Assembly (NCBI RefSeq): GCF_036588685.1
Contig: NC_086373.1
Coordinates: forward strand, 7,378,001-7,442,000
Direction of reading: 5' to 3'
DNA from: Mytilus trossulus
Taxonomy: Eukaryota
DNA length: 64,000 bases
Shown here: in pieces, positions 1-11,200 of the stretch
Layout of the letters: each line of letters starts with the position of its first letter
Position numbering within the stretch: the stretch's first letter is position 1
Notes under the pieces: model-generated
The model's input: only the letters and a program-made list of their open reading frames with translations
What the model was told of the DNA's origin: nothing
Database searches by the model: none
Translations under genes and position numbers: made by a program

Positions 1-424
1 TGAAAACAGAAAAAGAAGATTGTGAGAATAACATTTTTCATGGAGACTTTCAAACTTCAAACTGTTAGAAGCAAAATCAACTTTCAATATGAAAAAATAT
101 TGAAATTTGGTCAAAATGACATTCATTCTATGGACATATACATGTTCTAACAAATGTAGGAGACAAATACAAAAATAGTCATATTGAAAAGTTACCCTGG
201 GTGGATTAAATGTAGTTTATAGTGAACAGAATAAAAAGGCAATAGAAATTGATTTAAAAATAAGAAATAACATGTATGTCAAACTTCAAGGTCATTTCCA
301 TATTCTCATATTAAGTTAACTGACATTGTCAGTAATACACAGCCAGCTATAAAAAATTAACATATACTACATCTTCTGTTTATTTGCTTTATTTGGTTAT
401 CAATTATATTCAATTGAACTCTGA

Positions 425-1447
425 GGCCACGTTTTTTTAATTTGTTGGTTTACGGATTTTTCGCATTAAAAAGTCGGGTCGGTCGGTCGGAAAAAAAAAA
501 AAAAAAAATATCTTTCATAACAGAAAATATATGCAAAATAAATATATATTTCACCTTACTAACAAAATGTTTGTCTTATCTGCTGTTTTGTCATCATTTC
601 TTAGCATTAAGTTCGATGAAATATTATTGATCAGTGATCGTGAACATCGCATGACATCGTTTAATAATTTCCTGTAAAAAAGGGGGGTTGCACGGACAAA
701 GACGAAATTAAATCGTCATTTCACAAACAAGAAAAACAGATTCGCGTAGCTCTCAATCAATTCCAGAAAACTTGGTGAATAATGATCTTCAAGCACAAAA
801 ACTGATAAAGAAAAAAAATATAAAAACGTCGTACAAAAATAGTTTCAACACATGTGTCGAAAAACGTAATAGACTCGTCCACTGGAAAAAACGACAATAT
901 CGGGTTAATCAGTTGTCATGCAATCCGGTTTTTATCCCAATGATCGATTTTTTTTTGTTATCTATGAAACAAGAAAATTTCAAATGATTTGTTAATATTC
1001 AGTACTTTAATTGATGTATTCCACCTGTCCACATTTGGACAAGTCTATTTCTCTGAGATGATGCATCTTACGGACTGATGACAAATAAGGGAAACGAACT
1101 TATTTTGTAATTGGTTTTAAACACAGATTTCGTTCCGCAAAATTATTTGTGCAATAGACATTTCAAGCCTTTTAATTTCAAGGTCAGTTATAATTGATTT
1201 GTCTATTTTTAGAAACGTAAATTGGAAGTTTTATTTTTCACAACAGAAAGTGTTATCAACTTAATTTGTTAATGATTAATGCATTTTATTTCATAATAAA
1301 AGAAAATTTTAATTATTTTTCAGGGATAATGCATTTATAAGGGTCGGCGGGAATAAAAAACATGAAAAGTCAATTTTATTTTTATTTTGAAAATCAGCAA
1401 AATCGGGTCGGCGAATCCGTAAACCAACAAATAAAAAAACTGTGGCC
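425..1447. mobile_element. Non-autonomous DNA transposon (PIF/Harbinger- or Zator-like)
   Basis: TIR GGCCACGTTTTTTTAATTTGTTGGTTTACGGATT / AATCCGTAAACCAACAAATAAAAAAACTGTGGCC with 3-bp TSD TGA on both sides; no transposase ORF. Confidence 0.8.
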
Positions 1448-1514
1448 TGATGGAGACTAGTCTCATTGGCAATCATACCACATCTTCTTATTTTTATAAG
1501 CTAAAAAAACATAC

Positions 1515-4500
1515 TGAGACAATGTCTGCAATGCATCGACTGGTATTTCCTTTGTCATCTTTAATTGTGATTGGTCGATCTTCTTTTATCCTTTCTAGTG
1601 CTGCAGGACAGTCGAGCTAAAAAATTATAGAAATAAGATTTTACAACTTTTTCATTTTATTTAAAAGCTTCAATTGTAGTACATTGTATTCAACAATATT
1701 TTCTTTAAATGTTGGGTTTACTACTTTACTTAGCAATATGCAATTTATTTTATCCTACAAAATACAGGAAATTAGTGAAAGCTACTGTATGATCCAAATT
1801 CCATAAACTACATTTCAGTGTGTGTTATTGGAAACTGAGGGCCTACTTTTCTGACATATTTACATTGAATTGAACAAGTTTACTTTGAAATATTATGATA
1901 AAAAAAGAAGAATATCTAGTTATAAACTCAACTGAAACTAATTTATTTGTTTTAAATTGTTTAAAGACTTTATCTTACCCTGTATTTTTTCATGAATTCT
2001 TCCACTGTTTTGAATTCACTCTGTACTTGTTTAAAAGCTATTTTATACTGTACCAGCAGTTTGGAACAGGCAGCTGTGTATCTGTAATATAAATATTTAT
2101 ATTACATATTCGTTCAGTCATCTCCACTTTTATATACATTTTCAGTTTTGCATAATGGACACAGAACTATGTGTCTCGTCTCTTTATAATGTTAAAAGTT
2201 CATATAATGCTTATGTTGAAATCTAAATTGACTACATAAATAACTAATGGAATACATAGTAGCACACAAAGCTTAAAATAACATTTTGAATAAACCAATA
2301 CTATAACATACTAAAATCTAGTGTGTTCAACTTGACGTGTTTAACTGCAACAACTCAAGTTTTTGTCCTGCACCTTAAAGCATCCCAGGAAGCCAAACAA
2401 ATGTTCCTTTATTTTATACTGTATGTAAGTGTATGAAAAGGTGATAAACAATCATTTCAATTAAAAAAACTCATACCATTTGTTTGAGATGTATGTTTTT
2501 CATTTAACTATTGTCCAAAAATAAAGTATAAGCAGTGAGTCTCATGATATTGTAAAAAGTAAAAAATTCTTCAATATAAAATCAGAGTTTCACTTACTCT
2601 TTAGCCTGGATAGCATCTTTGATGTAAGCTTTCTCTATACTTTGAAGTGTGTTGATCACAGCATATAAATCAGCCATATTGTCATACCTGTAAAGTAAAT
2701 ATATTATAAAAAAGCCTTACCTCCTCAAAATTGAAAAAGACAATCTTTTAATACTGTTTCATATCATTTAATTTACACTACTTGCATTTCATTTCCAAGT
2801 TACTTCATTTATAAACTCCCAAAAATACATTTATCTTAGTCCAAAACTTTAAATTGTCCTTTAATCTGACAAATGTAAAAGAAAAACAGTTTTACAATAG
2901 TAAAAGCATACATGTAAGAAATAGATTAGTATACACTCTGTCTTTAATACACTCACCAGGAAACATAATAGAATTTCAATTAAAACTTTTTTGTATGGGA
3001 GGATAATGTTTCTAATCATTTCAATATGCACTATTTCCATTCTCAATTTTATAACCAAACAAAGTATGAGTGACACTGACAGATATACTATAAAATGAAC
3101 CATTGAGGAAACAGATAAATTCCAAAATGTCTTAAAATAATTAACATAAAATGTGTTATAACTTAATGTTTTAATGAACTTACTTTTCTCTATCCCTTGC
3201 TGTTCTGTATAACTTGACCTCCTATAATATTCAATTAATATGACATTCATGTATTAATATGATCGTTAACGTTAATTTTTGTAACTATTTTATTTACATC
3301 AAAAGTTAAAAATAATTAAGGACAAACAATATTTCCATAAATACACATTGTAAAAAAAAGTAAATTTGAATTTTCATAAAGCCTGATAATGGTAACTGTA
3401 TATACAAACATACTCTGCTACATTTAAAAATACAAATGTATAAATATTTTTCGATACAATTCATAAAATTATGTAGTTTTTTTAATAAAACATGCTTTTC
3501 CTAAAGATGTTCTATTTCACCACTGTCCCCAGTTAAGGTAGGGTTAAGTAACTTCCTAACATGTTAACAATTATTTGGTCTCTGGTGGATAGTTGTACAT
3601 GTGTACACTGGCAACCATACCACATCTTTTTCAGATATTAATTTATAAAGTACAAAAATTTACCTCATATAGAGCTGAGTTGTTTGATGATGCTACAATA
3701 TAAAATAATAATTTTACATTCATATTTCAAACAACTTGGGGTAATCATGCATATGGTTATGACAAAAACAATTAGATCATTGTTTATCAACATTTTTGAA
3801 CATGTCAAAAGGAAATACGTGTTTGATTAACTGATTCAATTGAAAACAGAGATATAAATGTACATTCTTATGATCTGTTAATCAACATAAAAGGCTCATA
3901 TTTTATATAATATTACATTTCATTTTTTGTGGACATTTGTTATGTTATTTTACTTTTCATGGACATTAACAATTGTCTTACTGTCAATACACATGTATTT
4001 GAGTTTTCTTTCATGTGAATACCACTGTCACTCTCATTTAATTATTGTTAGTTTATTTAGGCCCGTTCTGCAATAAGGTTTCAGACAAATCTTGTCATGT
4101 GACTTCCATCAACATGTTTTTTTCAACACATGTTGAGCAAAGGGATGAAAACGTTTGATTTTATATTGTACAGAATGTTTGGGAGATCAAAATCTATTAA
4201 GATGGTCACACTCCCTCAGTCATATCGGGATCAAGATAACTTACTTGCGGAACATAAATTATTTCGATACTATATCGTTTACTTTTCAACATTGGAGGTA
4301 TAGGGGGAGGGTTGAGATCTCATAAACATGTTTAACCCCGCCGCATTTTGCGCCTGTCCAAAGTCAGGTGCCTCTGGCCTTTGTTAGTCTTGTATTATTT
4401 TTAATTTTAGTTTCTTGTGTACAATTTGGAAATAAGTATGGCGTTCATTATCACTGAACTAGTATATATTTGTTTAGGGGCCAGCTGAAGAAAGCTACCG

Positions 4501-7500
4501 GGTGCGGGAATTTCTCGCTACATTGAAGACCTGTTGGTGACCTTCTACTGTTGTCTTTTACATGGTCAGGTTATTGTCTCTTTGACACATTCCCCCATTT
4601 CCATTCACAATTTTATGAGTGAGTATCCTACAGAATGAGGATTATAAAAGTGCTGGAAACTTTTAATAGAGTAGGGATACTTTCTTTTCTGGTAAAAGAC
4701 ATGATTCCAGAAGTGACGTATTACTGTATGCACTATAACCATATAATGTTAATGTGTTTGTGCACATGATTATGACTATGGTCTGCTGTATGTCCATTAT
4801 TTATCGGTATTATTGGTGAAATTTTAAACTTCAATAGTTTTTGAAGTATGCTAGGCAAATGACTCTGAGTTAAATTTTCAGAGTTCTTTTATTGATGCAA
4901 ACAAAGCAATAATACACCTTATTGCTAATCCCGGCTGACCTGGTCGCTTGAACTTTTTACACATACAACAATCACTTTTCCATTGTGGCGTCAGATATTT
5001 TGCTTAATGACGTCAAAATTTTACGGGAACCTGTGTGATATCCAGTAATGGCGGACAAATAGCGATAAGGTGTAATAACACATGTAAAAAAAACATTCGC
5101 ATGATCTGGATATATCGACTGCGACAACATCAAACGAGATATAGAAATGCAGGGATGATTCCAGTTGTTTTCAAATGGGTCCCTTGACCATCAAAATTGG
5201 GAATTTTCTTAAAATTGGGATTTTTTTTTCCGCATAAAATCTATGATGAAATAATATCATTTTCCTGTAAAAACGGAAATTGTATCAAGTTTCACCTGTT
5301 TCATAGTGTGTGGGTATCCTTTTTCATCATAAATGATCTGTCGTGTATTTTCAAAAATGTGCAGACAGTTGTTTTTTTATTTGAGAGCCAGGCAGAACCT
5401 TTACGCAATCAGCGCCTATTGAATTTTGATAATTTATAAGTTTTTCTCCCTGTCGAGGTCTGCTTTTTATATGTGACCCATTTTGACAAAAAGCATCTAT
5501 TATCTATATGCTTTTACGAAATCAAATACTCCCATAGCATTTTCTTCAATTTAATTGAAGAAAATGCTATGGGTGTATTTGATCTAGTAAAAGCATATTT
5601 CATTTAAAGGTCTGCTTTTACGAGAACTAAGCTATTGAGAAACGTCTCAGAAAAACACATTATAACAAAATGATATCATATCTTATCTTAACAATCTTTC
5701 GTTTACCGGTACATCATTCTTATTCGGATCTTAAAACAGTTTGAAGACAAATGGGGAAAATTGTAATTGCCTTAATCGGTGCGGGAAACATTTCCGGAAA
5801 AATCAATTTTAAAATATTTTTTTCTGAATTGGGAATTTATTTTCACACAATTTTTTGGGGCCGCTCGAGGAATTGAGGGCCGCTAAGCGGCCCTAAACTA
5901 TAGAGTGGAATCATCCCTGAAATGTCAAATCAGGTAACAGCTCTGAACCTTAAGTACTTGTTTCTGTACAAAGAGAAGTAAAATTTAATTTTAACAGTTT
6001 AAGGGAGATGGGTGTTTCTTTTTTTTTACAGAAAAAGAGCACAAGAGCAAGTGACTGCTTTTTAAAATACCACTAAGTATCAGTACTGAATCCGGGTCCG
6101 TCCGCCCTGATTTCGGTTCGCCCTAGTTACTGTTCGCCCTAGTTCCGTTTCGCCCTGAGACCGTTCGCCCTGATACCTGTTCGCCCTGGGTATGTTCGCC
6201 CTGATTTTTATTTTTTATTACAGTACGTGTTGTGTTGTGTGTATTTAATTGAATATGTTGAAGTCAGTCTACAATTTCGCCAAATATTTACGATGTATTG
6301 TGTTGTATACAGCTAGCTGCTACTAGGTTATAAGTTCTTGACATATTAAAGAGCACTAAAACATACAAAGCCACTATCACACATCCTTTTACTTTACATT
6401 TACACACATGATTTAATCAATAAAAGTTATACATAAGAAGCACTAAAGTTATACATAAAAGTGTTCAAAGTTCTAAGTGTTGTTCTAAAATTCTTTACTG
6501 CAGCGGCTGTACGTTGTCTAGTGGTAAAAAAAGTAATTTTAAAATAAAGTGTAACAATGCAGCAGCCAACACGAATTTTATTTAATTATCATCGTGTAAT
6601 GTGTTTTCGTACTAATAACAATTTTCACTGCTTACAGTTTTCACTGTTGAGTTTTTATTCCGGTGTTTACTCAAATTTAAAAAGCATGTCCTGTAGATTG
6701 ATTTAAGGTATCTAGATTTTTTTTCAATGCTTACTACGATTTTTTACTGTTTCCGATTACTTTGCTATTTTTGTATGTCAAAAAAACAGCGTCATATGTT
6801 TTCGTATGAAATAAAAATTGGATCAGTACACGGACAGGAAATGACTACACAATCCGGAAATTAATATTTTCTAAAGTCGTGGTTCTTATGATCGCTTGAA
6901 TCATAAAAAAAGTAAATAAATACTTTTCAGTACTAAAAATTACTTGTAAATAGTTTTAGGTTGGTAAATTGTGTGCTGAAATTTTAAGATTTTGATTGAT
7001 TTCAGATTGGCACCTGGTTTGTACAAAATACATTATTTTTTCTAAAATAAAATGCAGTTTTCAAAATTTAGGATTAAATATAAAAAGTCAAGACTGTTTC
7101 ATCTTCATGAATCAAGGATGTATACAAAAAAATTATAAATGAAATATTGAATAATTAGATTTTGAACAACCATTTTATATAAGAACCCTACTAATTTTAA
7201 CTCGCTGGTTTGTAATTAAAACGGCCCAAAAAACACATGACAGTCATATGTCTTGAAGATCCGGTATCTGACTTGCAAAAAACATATCTGGACTTTATTT
7301 TAACCCTTCAGAATTTTTTTCTATAGCTATTCTAGTGATGCATATTTTTGACATTAAATAAAAATGGCTAAATAGATCAGTTTTATTTAATTTGTTCTAA
7401 CGTCTTTAAAAAGCGACGTTGAATATGTTTAAAATATGTCAAGTTGTAGTGGTGTTGTTGTTCTAAATATAGAAACCGAAAAACACGCCACAATGTACGC

Positions 7501-7875
7501 GTATGCAGCCGAAACCGACGAAATGTGGTTGATACGAAAACATATGACATACGAAAACATATGACACGACGATAATATTCTGTATTCAGCTTTTAATAGA
7601 TAAACATAAATTTTAATATAAATATGCATTTCTTTCATTAAAGTAACATATACATATCATTAATGAGAATAGGGCGAACGAACTCAGGGCGAACGGAACA
7701 CCAGGGCGAACAAACTCAGTGCGAACGAACCTAGGGCGAACATGTAATCAGGGCGAACAATCCCGATACCATCAGTACTAGTAGTACTAGGCCCGTAGAC
7801 TAGGGTTCTACTCCTTCTTGAAGAAAAAGTCAAAACTGTTTTACCTTGGTGATTAGGTGGAACTTGTGCAAACAT
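1515..7875 (-). CDS. VPS28: Vacuolar protein sorting-associated protein 28 (ESCRT-I subunit), 5' part; 3' exons lie beyond the left edge of the window
   Basis: Coding exons 7875-7845, 3692-3664, 3221-3184, 2687-2598, 2081-1979, 1616-1515, all GT-AG with consistent phase. Translation [131 protein letters not shown] closely matches the VPS28 N-terminal domain. Confidence 0.96.
4285..4616 (+). repeat. Dispersed repeat family ending TTGTCTCTTTGACACATTCCCCATTTCCATT (other copies at about 20388-21680 split, 38890-38995 rev, 53525-53680 rev, 57050-57108)
   Basis: The same 3' motif recurs at five places in the window in both orientations. Confidence 0.75.
4913..5074. mobile_element. MITE
   Basis: TIR TACACCTTATTGCTA / TAGCGATAAGGTGTA, about 160 bp. 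Confidence 0.7.
5150..5919. mobile_element. Non-autonomous hAT-like DNA transposon with 5-bp TSD
   Basis: TIR CAGGGATGATTCCA / TGGAATCATCCCTG flanked by AAATG on both sides; contains an internal near-perfect hairpin at 5520-5584. Confidence 0.8.
6088..7770. mobile_element. Mutator/Foldback-like non-autonomous element with subterminal tandem repeats
   Basis: 9-bp TSD ATCAGTACT (6079-6087, 7771-7779). Termini GAATCCGGG / CCCGATACC, with arrays of TTCGCCCT at the left and AGGGCGAA at the right. An internal inverted pair (ATTATCATCGTGTAATGTGTTTTCGTA at about 6586 / TACGAAAACATATGACACGACGATAAT at about 7575) suggests a nested element. Confidence 0.82.
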
Positions 7876-8279
7876 TGCCTTTCTTTTTTAGTTTATCCCC
7901 TCAAATATTTCTATCAGTCAGATCCTTTCTATAATATGACGTTTTGTTTTGGTTCTGATCATGAGTCATGTCCCTTTCCCTTTGTAATAACAATTTATTT
8001 ACAAAACGAATTTTGTTTGATTGACGTCTGGGCTTTTTTTATCTGCCCCAAAAATATAAAAAATACAAATTCAAAAACTTATAATTGAGATCGATATTTT
8101 AGATTTAAACAATTATTATCATGAAATGATGTAAATCAAATGTGACAATTTGTTGTTTTGTACTTTCGTTTTGTTTGCAATTCGAAAATTTAGATTTACC
8201 ACAACAAGGAACCAAGGAAAACAACAATCACCTGTCAAGTTGGGCTGTGAATTTTATATTATTTTAACATAAAGAAAGC
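7876..8279. promoter_or_regulatory. Putative bidirectional promoter between VPS28 and CIB
   Basis: Divergent start codons at 7875 (-) and 8280 (+), 404 bp apart, with no transposon between them. TSSs are not determined. Confidence 0.65.
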
Positions 8280-11200
8280 ATGGGAAGCTCTCAAAGCGTG
8301 TTTTCAGAACAAGAATTAAACGATTATCAGGTAAACTTGATTTAAAGTTTAATGTATTCTAATGAAAAATGAAAAAATAGCCTAAACTCAACCGTCACGA
8401 TTTTGTCTATTTTTATACAGATCATCAGATGTCAAAATATAGGATGACATGTTAAAATGCTTGCAAAATTAGTTAGTTACATTTTGTGACATTTTTCTTT
8501 TTGCAGAGAAACAAACACTCTATTGAAAACTCTTGTCACGAATAGCATTGTAAACAGTACATATTGAATTTTACTATCACTCCTTTACTAAGAACCAACA
8601 AAAATAAGAATCTGGGTTCGGTTTAGTTTAAACAATATTTTATTTCAAGAAGTGCACAAAATATAATTATACAATATGAAATACAGGGATTCGGAAACAA
8701 GAAAAACTTATATAAATCCCTTTTTCATTTTCATACCCTACACACTCCCAAAGTCTGTTCGGGTCTAACAAGTTCGTGCCCTTTTTAATGGTTTTGTGTT
8801 ATAATTTGTAATCTGGTTTTGGTGGGACCATATCGCTATAATTATATTTGTTTCATTAATTCATAAGAGATATTCTGACAATGTTTTTTTTGTGTTGAAT
8901 AGATCTTAATCATGTTTTAGTTAGTGTATTTGTATTGCTGTAAAAAAATTAATCTTATTGTTTCTTTATTGGTTGAATTGTCAGCTACATTTATACAATG
9001 TATAATTACCAAGCATTTATTTCCATGAAATTAAAGAAGAATGAAGTTGCCAACTTATGATATGTTTAATTGGTGTTGCATACCAGCTAATAGTTGCTTT
9101 ACATGACATTTATTTCCGTATGAAAAGAATTTTGAAAGTACACAATACATGTATTAGACCCTTGGTTTCCCGTTTGAAGGGTTTTACACTAGTAATTTTG
9201 GGGCCCTTTATACATGTAACTTGTTGTTTAGTGTGAGCCAAGTATCCGTGTTGAAGGCTGTACATTGACCTAAAATGGTTTACTTTTTTAAATTGTTATT
9301 TGGATGGAGAGTTGTCTCATTGGCACTCACACCACATCTTCCTATATCTATGAGGGTAAAGAAGGATTTATTTTTAAGTCATCCTGATATCTTACATTCC
9401 AAGAATTATTCAAAACAAATATTATAAATATTTAAAATTTATTACAGTACTGAAACTTTAGTTCAGGAAAATATCAAGATTTTGGTATACAATGTATATA
9501 CTTATTCAACAGGATTTGAATAAAAATTCAGTGCAGTGTGAAGGGTGCGAACTGACCTGTTGGGTGATAGTGCAGGGTGCCAAAGTGTATGGGGTGCAAA
9601 CAGACCTGATACTGCAAAATAACAAATTCACAACATTGCCTATGTTGGTAAAAATGCCATTTCTGTAGAAATATCAAATGATATTTTGCTGGCTTGAAAT
9701 AAGATATTTTAATCAGAGCGGGTAAAATAGCATATATTTTCAATTTGCTGATGCTGGAAAAATAGCAACTGTCTATAATAAAAGAAGTTAAATATAACAG
9801 TCATTGATAGTGCTTAATTCTACTTTTTTCTTTCTTCAAATAAAAAAAATTAAAAAGCATATTTGTTGATATAAGTTCATAACATGTTACATATTTTCTT
9901 TCAGGATTTGACGTATTTCACTAAGAAAGAGATCCTACAGTAAGTTATCTTTAAGCATTTTAAAATACACTGTTTAGATAGAAGTCAAATAATGATCTTA
10001 AATGATAATGATTTTTTCCTCCTTTATTAGCTCACCTGGCCCATCACTTGGCGTCCGGCGTCGAAGTCCGTCGACATTTAACTTTTACAAAAATCTTCTC
10101 CTCTGAAACTACTGGGCCAAGTTAATTATAGATAGAGATAATTGTAAGCAGCTAGAATGCTCAGTAAATTAAGATGTACAAACACATCACCATCACCAAA
10201 ACACTATTTTGTCATGAATCCATCTGCGTCCTTTGTTTGATATTCACATAGACCAAGGTGAGCAACACAGGCTCTTTAGAGCCTCTAGTTTGTATTTGGC
10301 AACTCACTTGTAAACTACATGTATATTGAATAGATAGAGAGAACACAGCAAAATTGTCCAGCTAGATTGTTTTAAGATCTACAAATAAGCAATAATACAT
10401 GTTGTACCTGATTTCAATATGCCTGCTGTTTCCATTGGGGGAGGGGGCTTTTAATGATTTGTTTTAGTTTGTTATATTTTGTATGCAATTGTACAAACAA
10501 ATGATTAATTAGCATTGGCACACATCATTTAAAAATCTTAATAATAAAACTTAGAAAAAGGGTAGGTAGGAAGGATTTTTTTTTAATTTTACCTTTTTTT
10601 ATTACATTGAATTTATGGGAGGGACATCCTAACTTTAACAGTGCTTATTGAATAATGAAAAAAAACTTTAGGGTAGGCTATTTTTAAGCTTGAAAAATAG
10701 GGTGGATACTGTAAAAGGAATGACACATTTTTTTTCTATTTTCCCTGAGGTAAATAAGACATCAGATACATTTTTCATTAATTCTATTCATAAGTTTTAT
10801 TCTTTTTTGTTTCCTAGTGTTTTTAAGAGATACAAGGATTTATATGAGGACAGTGCTGATGAAAACAATAAAAAGACATCAAGTCTGGATAAAGACAAGA
10901 TTTTAAAACTACCAGAATTAAAGGTAACAGTAAAAGTCTACAGAATGACAACAAGAAATTCAGTGCTGTTCATACATACAGCTTTTGATGTGCATTAATA
11001 GATTTGACCCTGAAAATTGGTATTGAACTTCATCATAAATTTTAATTTAGTATTTTTGGCAAATATGGATTCTTGCTGAAAGTAATTCCTCAACAGATAA
11101 TTAAACATTGAAAACCTTCTAGGACCATGTGCCAACAAATGGAGTAAGTTTAGACATATATTTGATGTGTTGTAGTGATACATGTAAGTATCTTCTTTTG

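Noticed and set aside
5706-5722. Alternative first coding exon of VPS28 (ATGATGTACCG|GTAAAC on -)
   Set aside because: Wrong phase for exon 3692-3664 and lies inside a transposon. Exon 7875-7845 fits the phase and resembles the VPS28 N-terminus.
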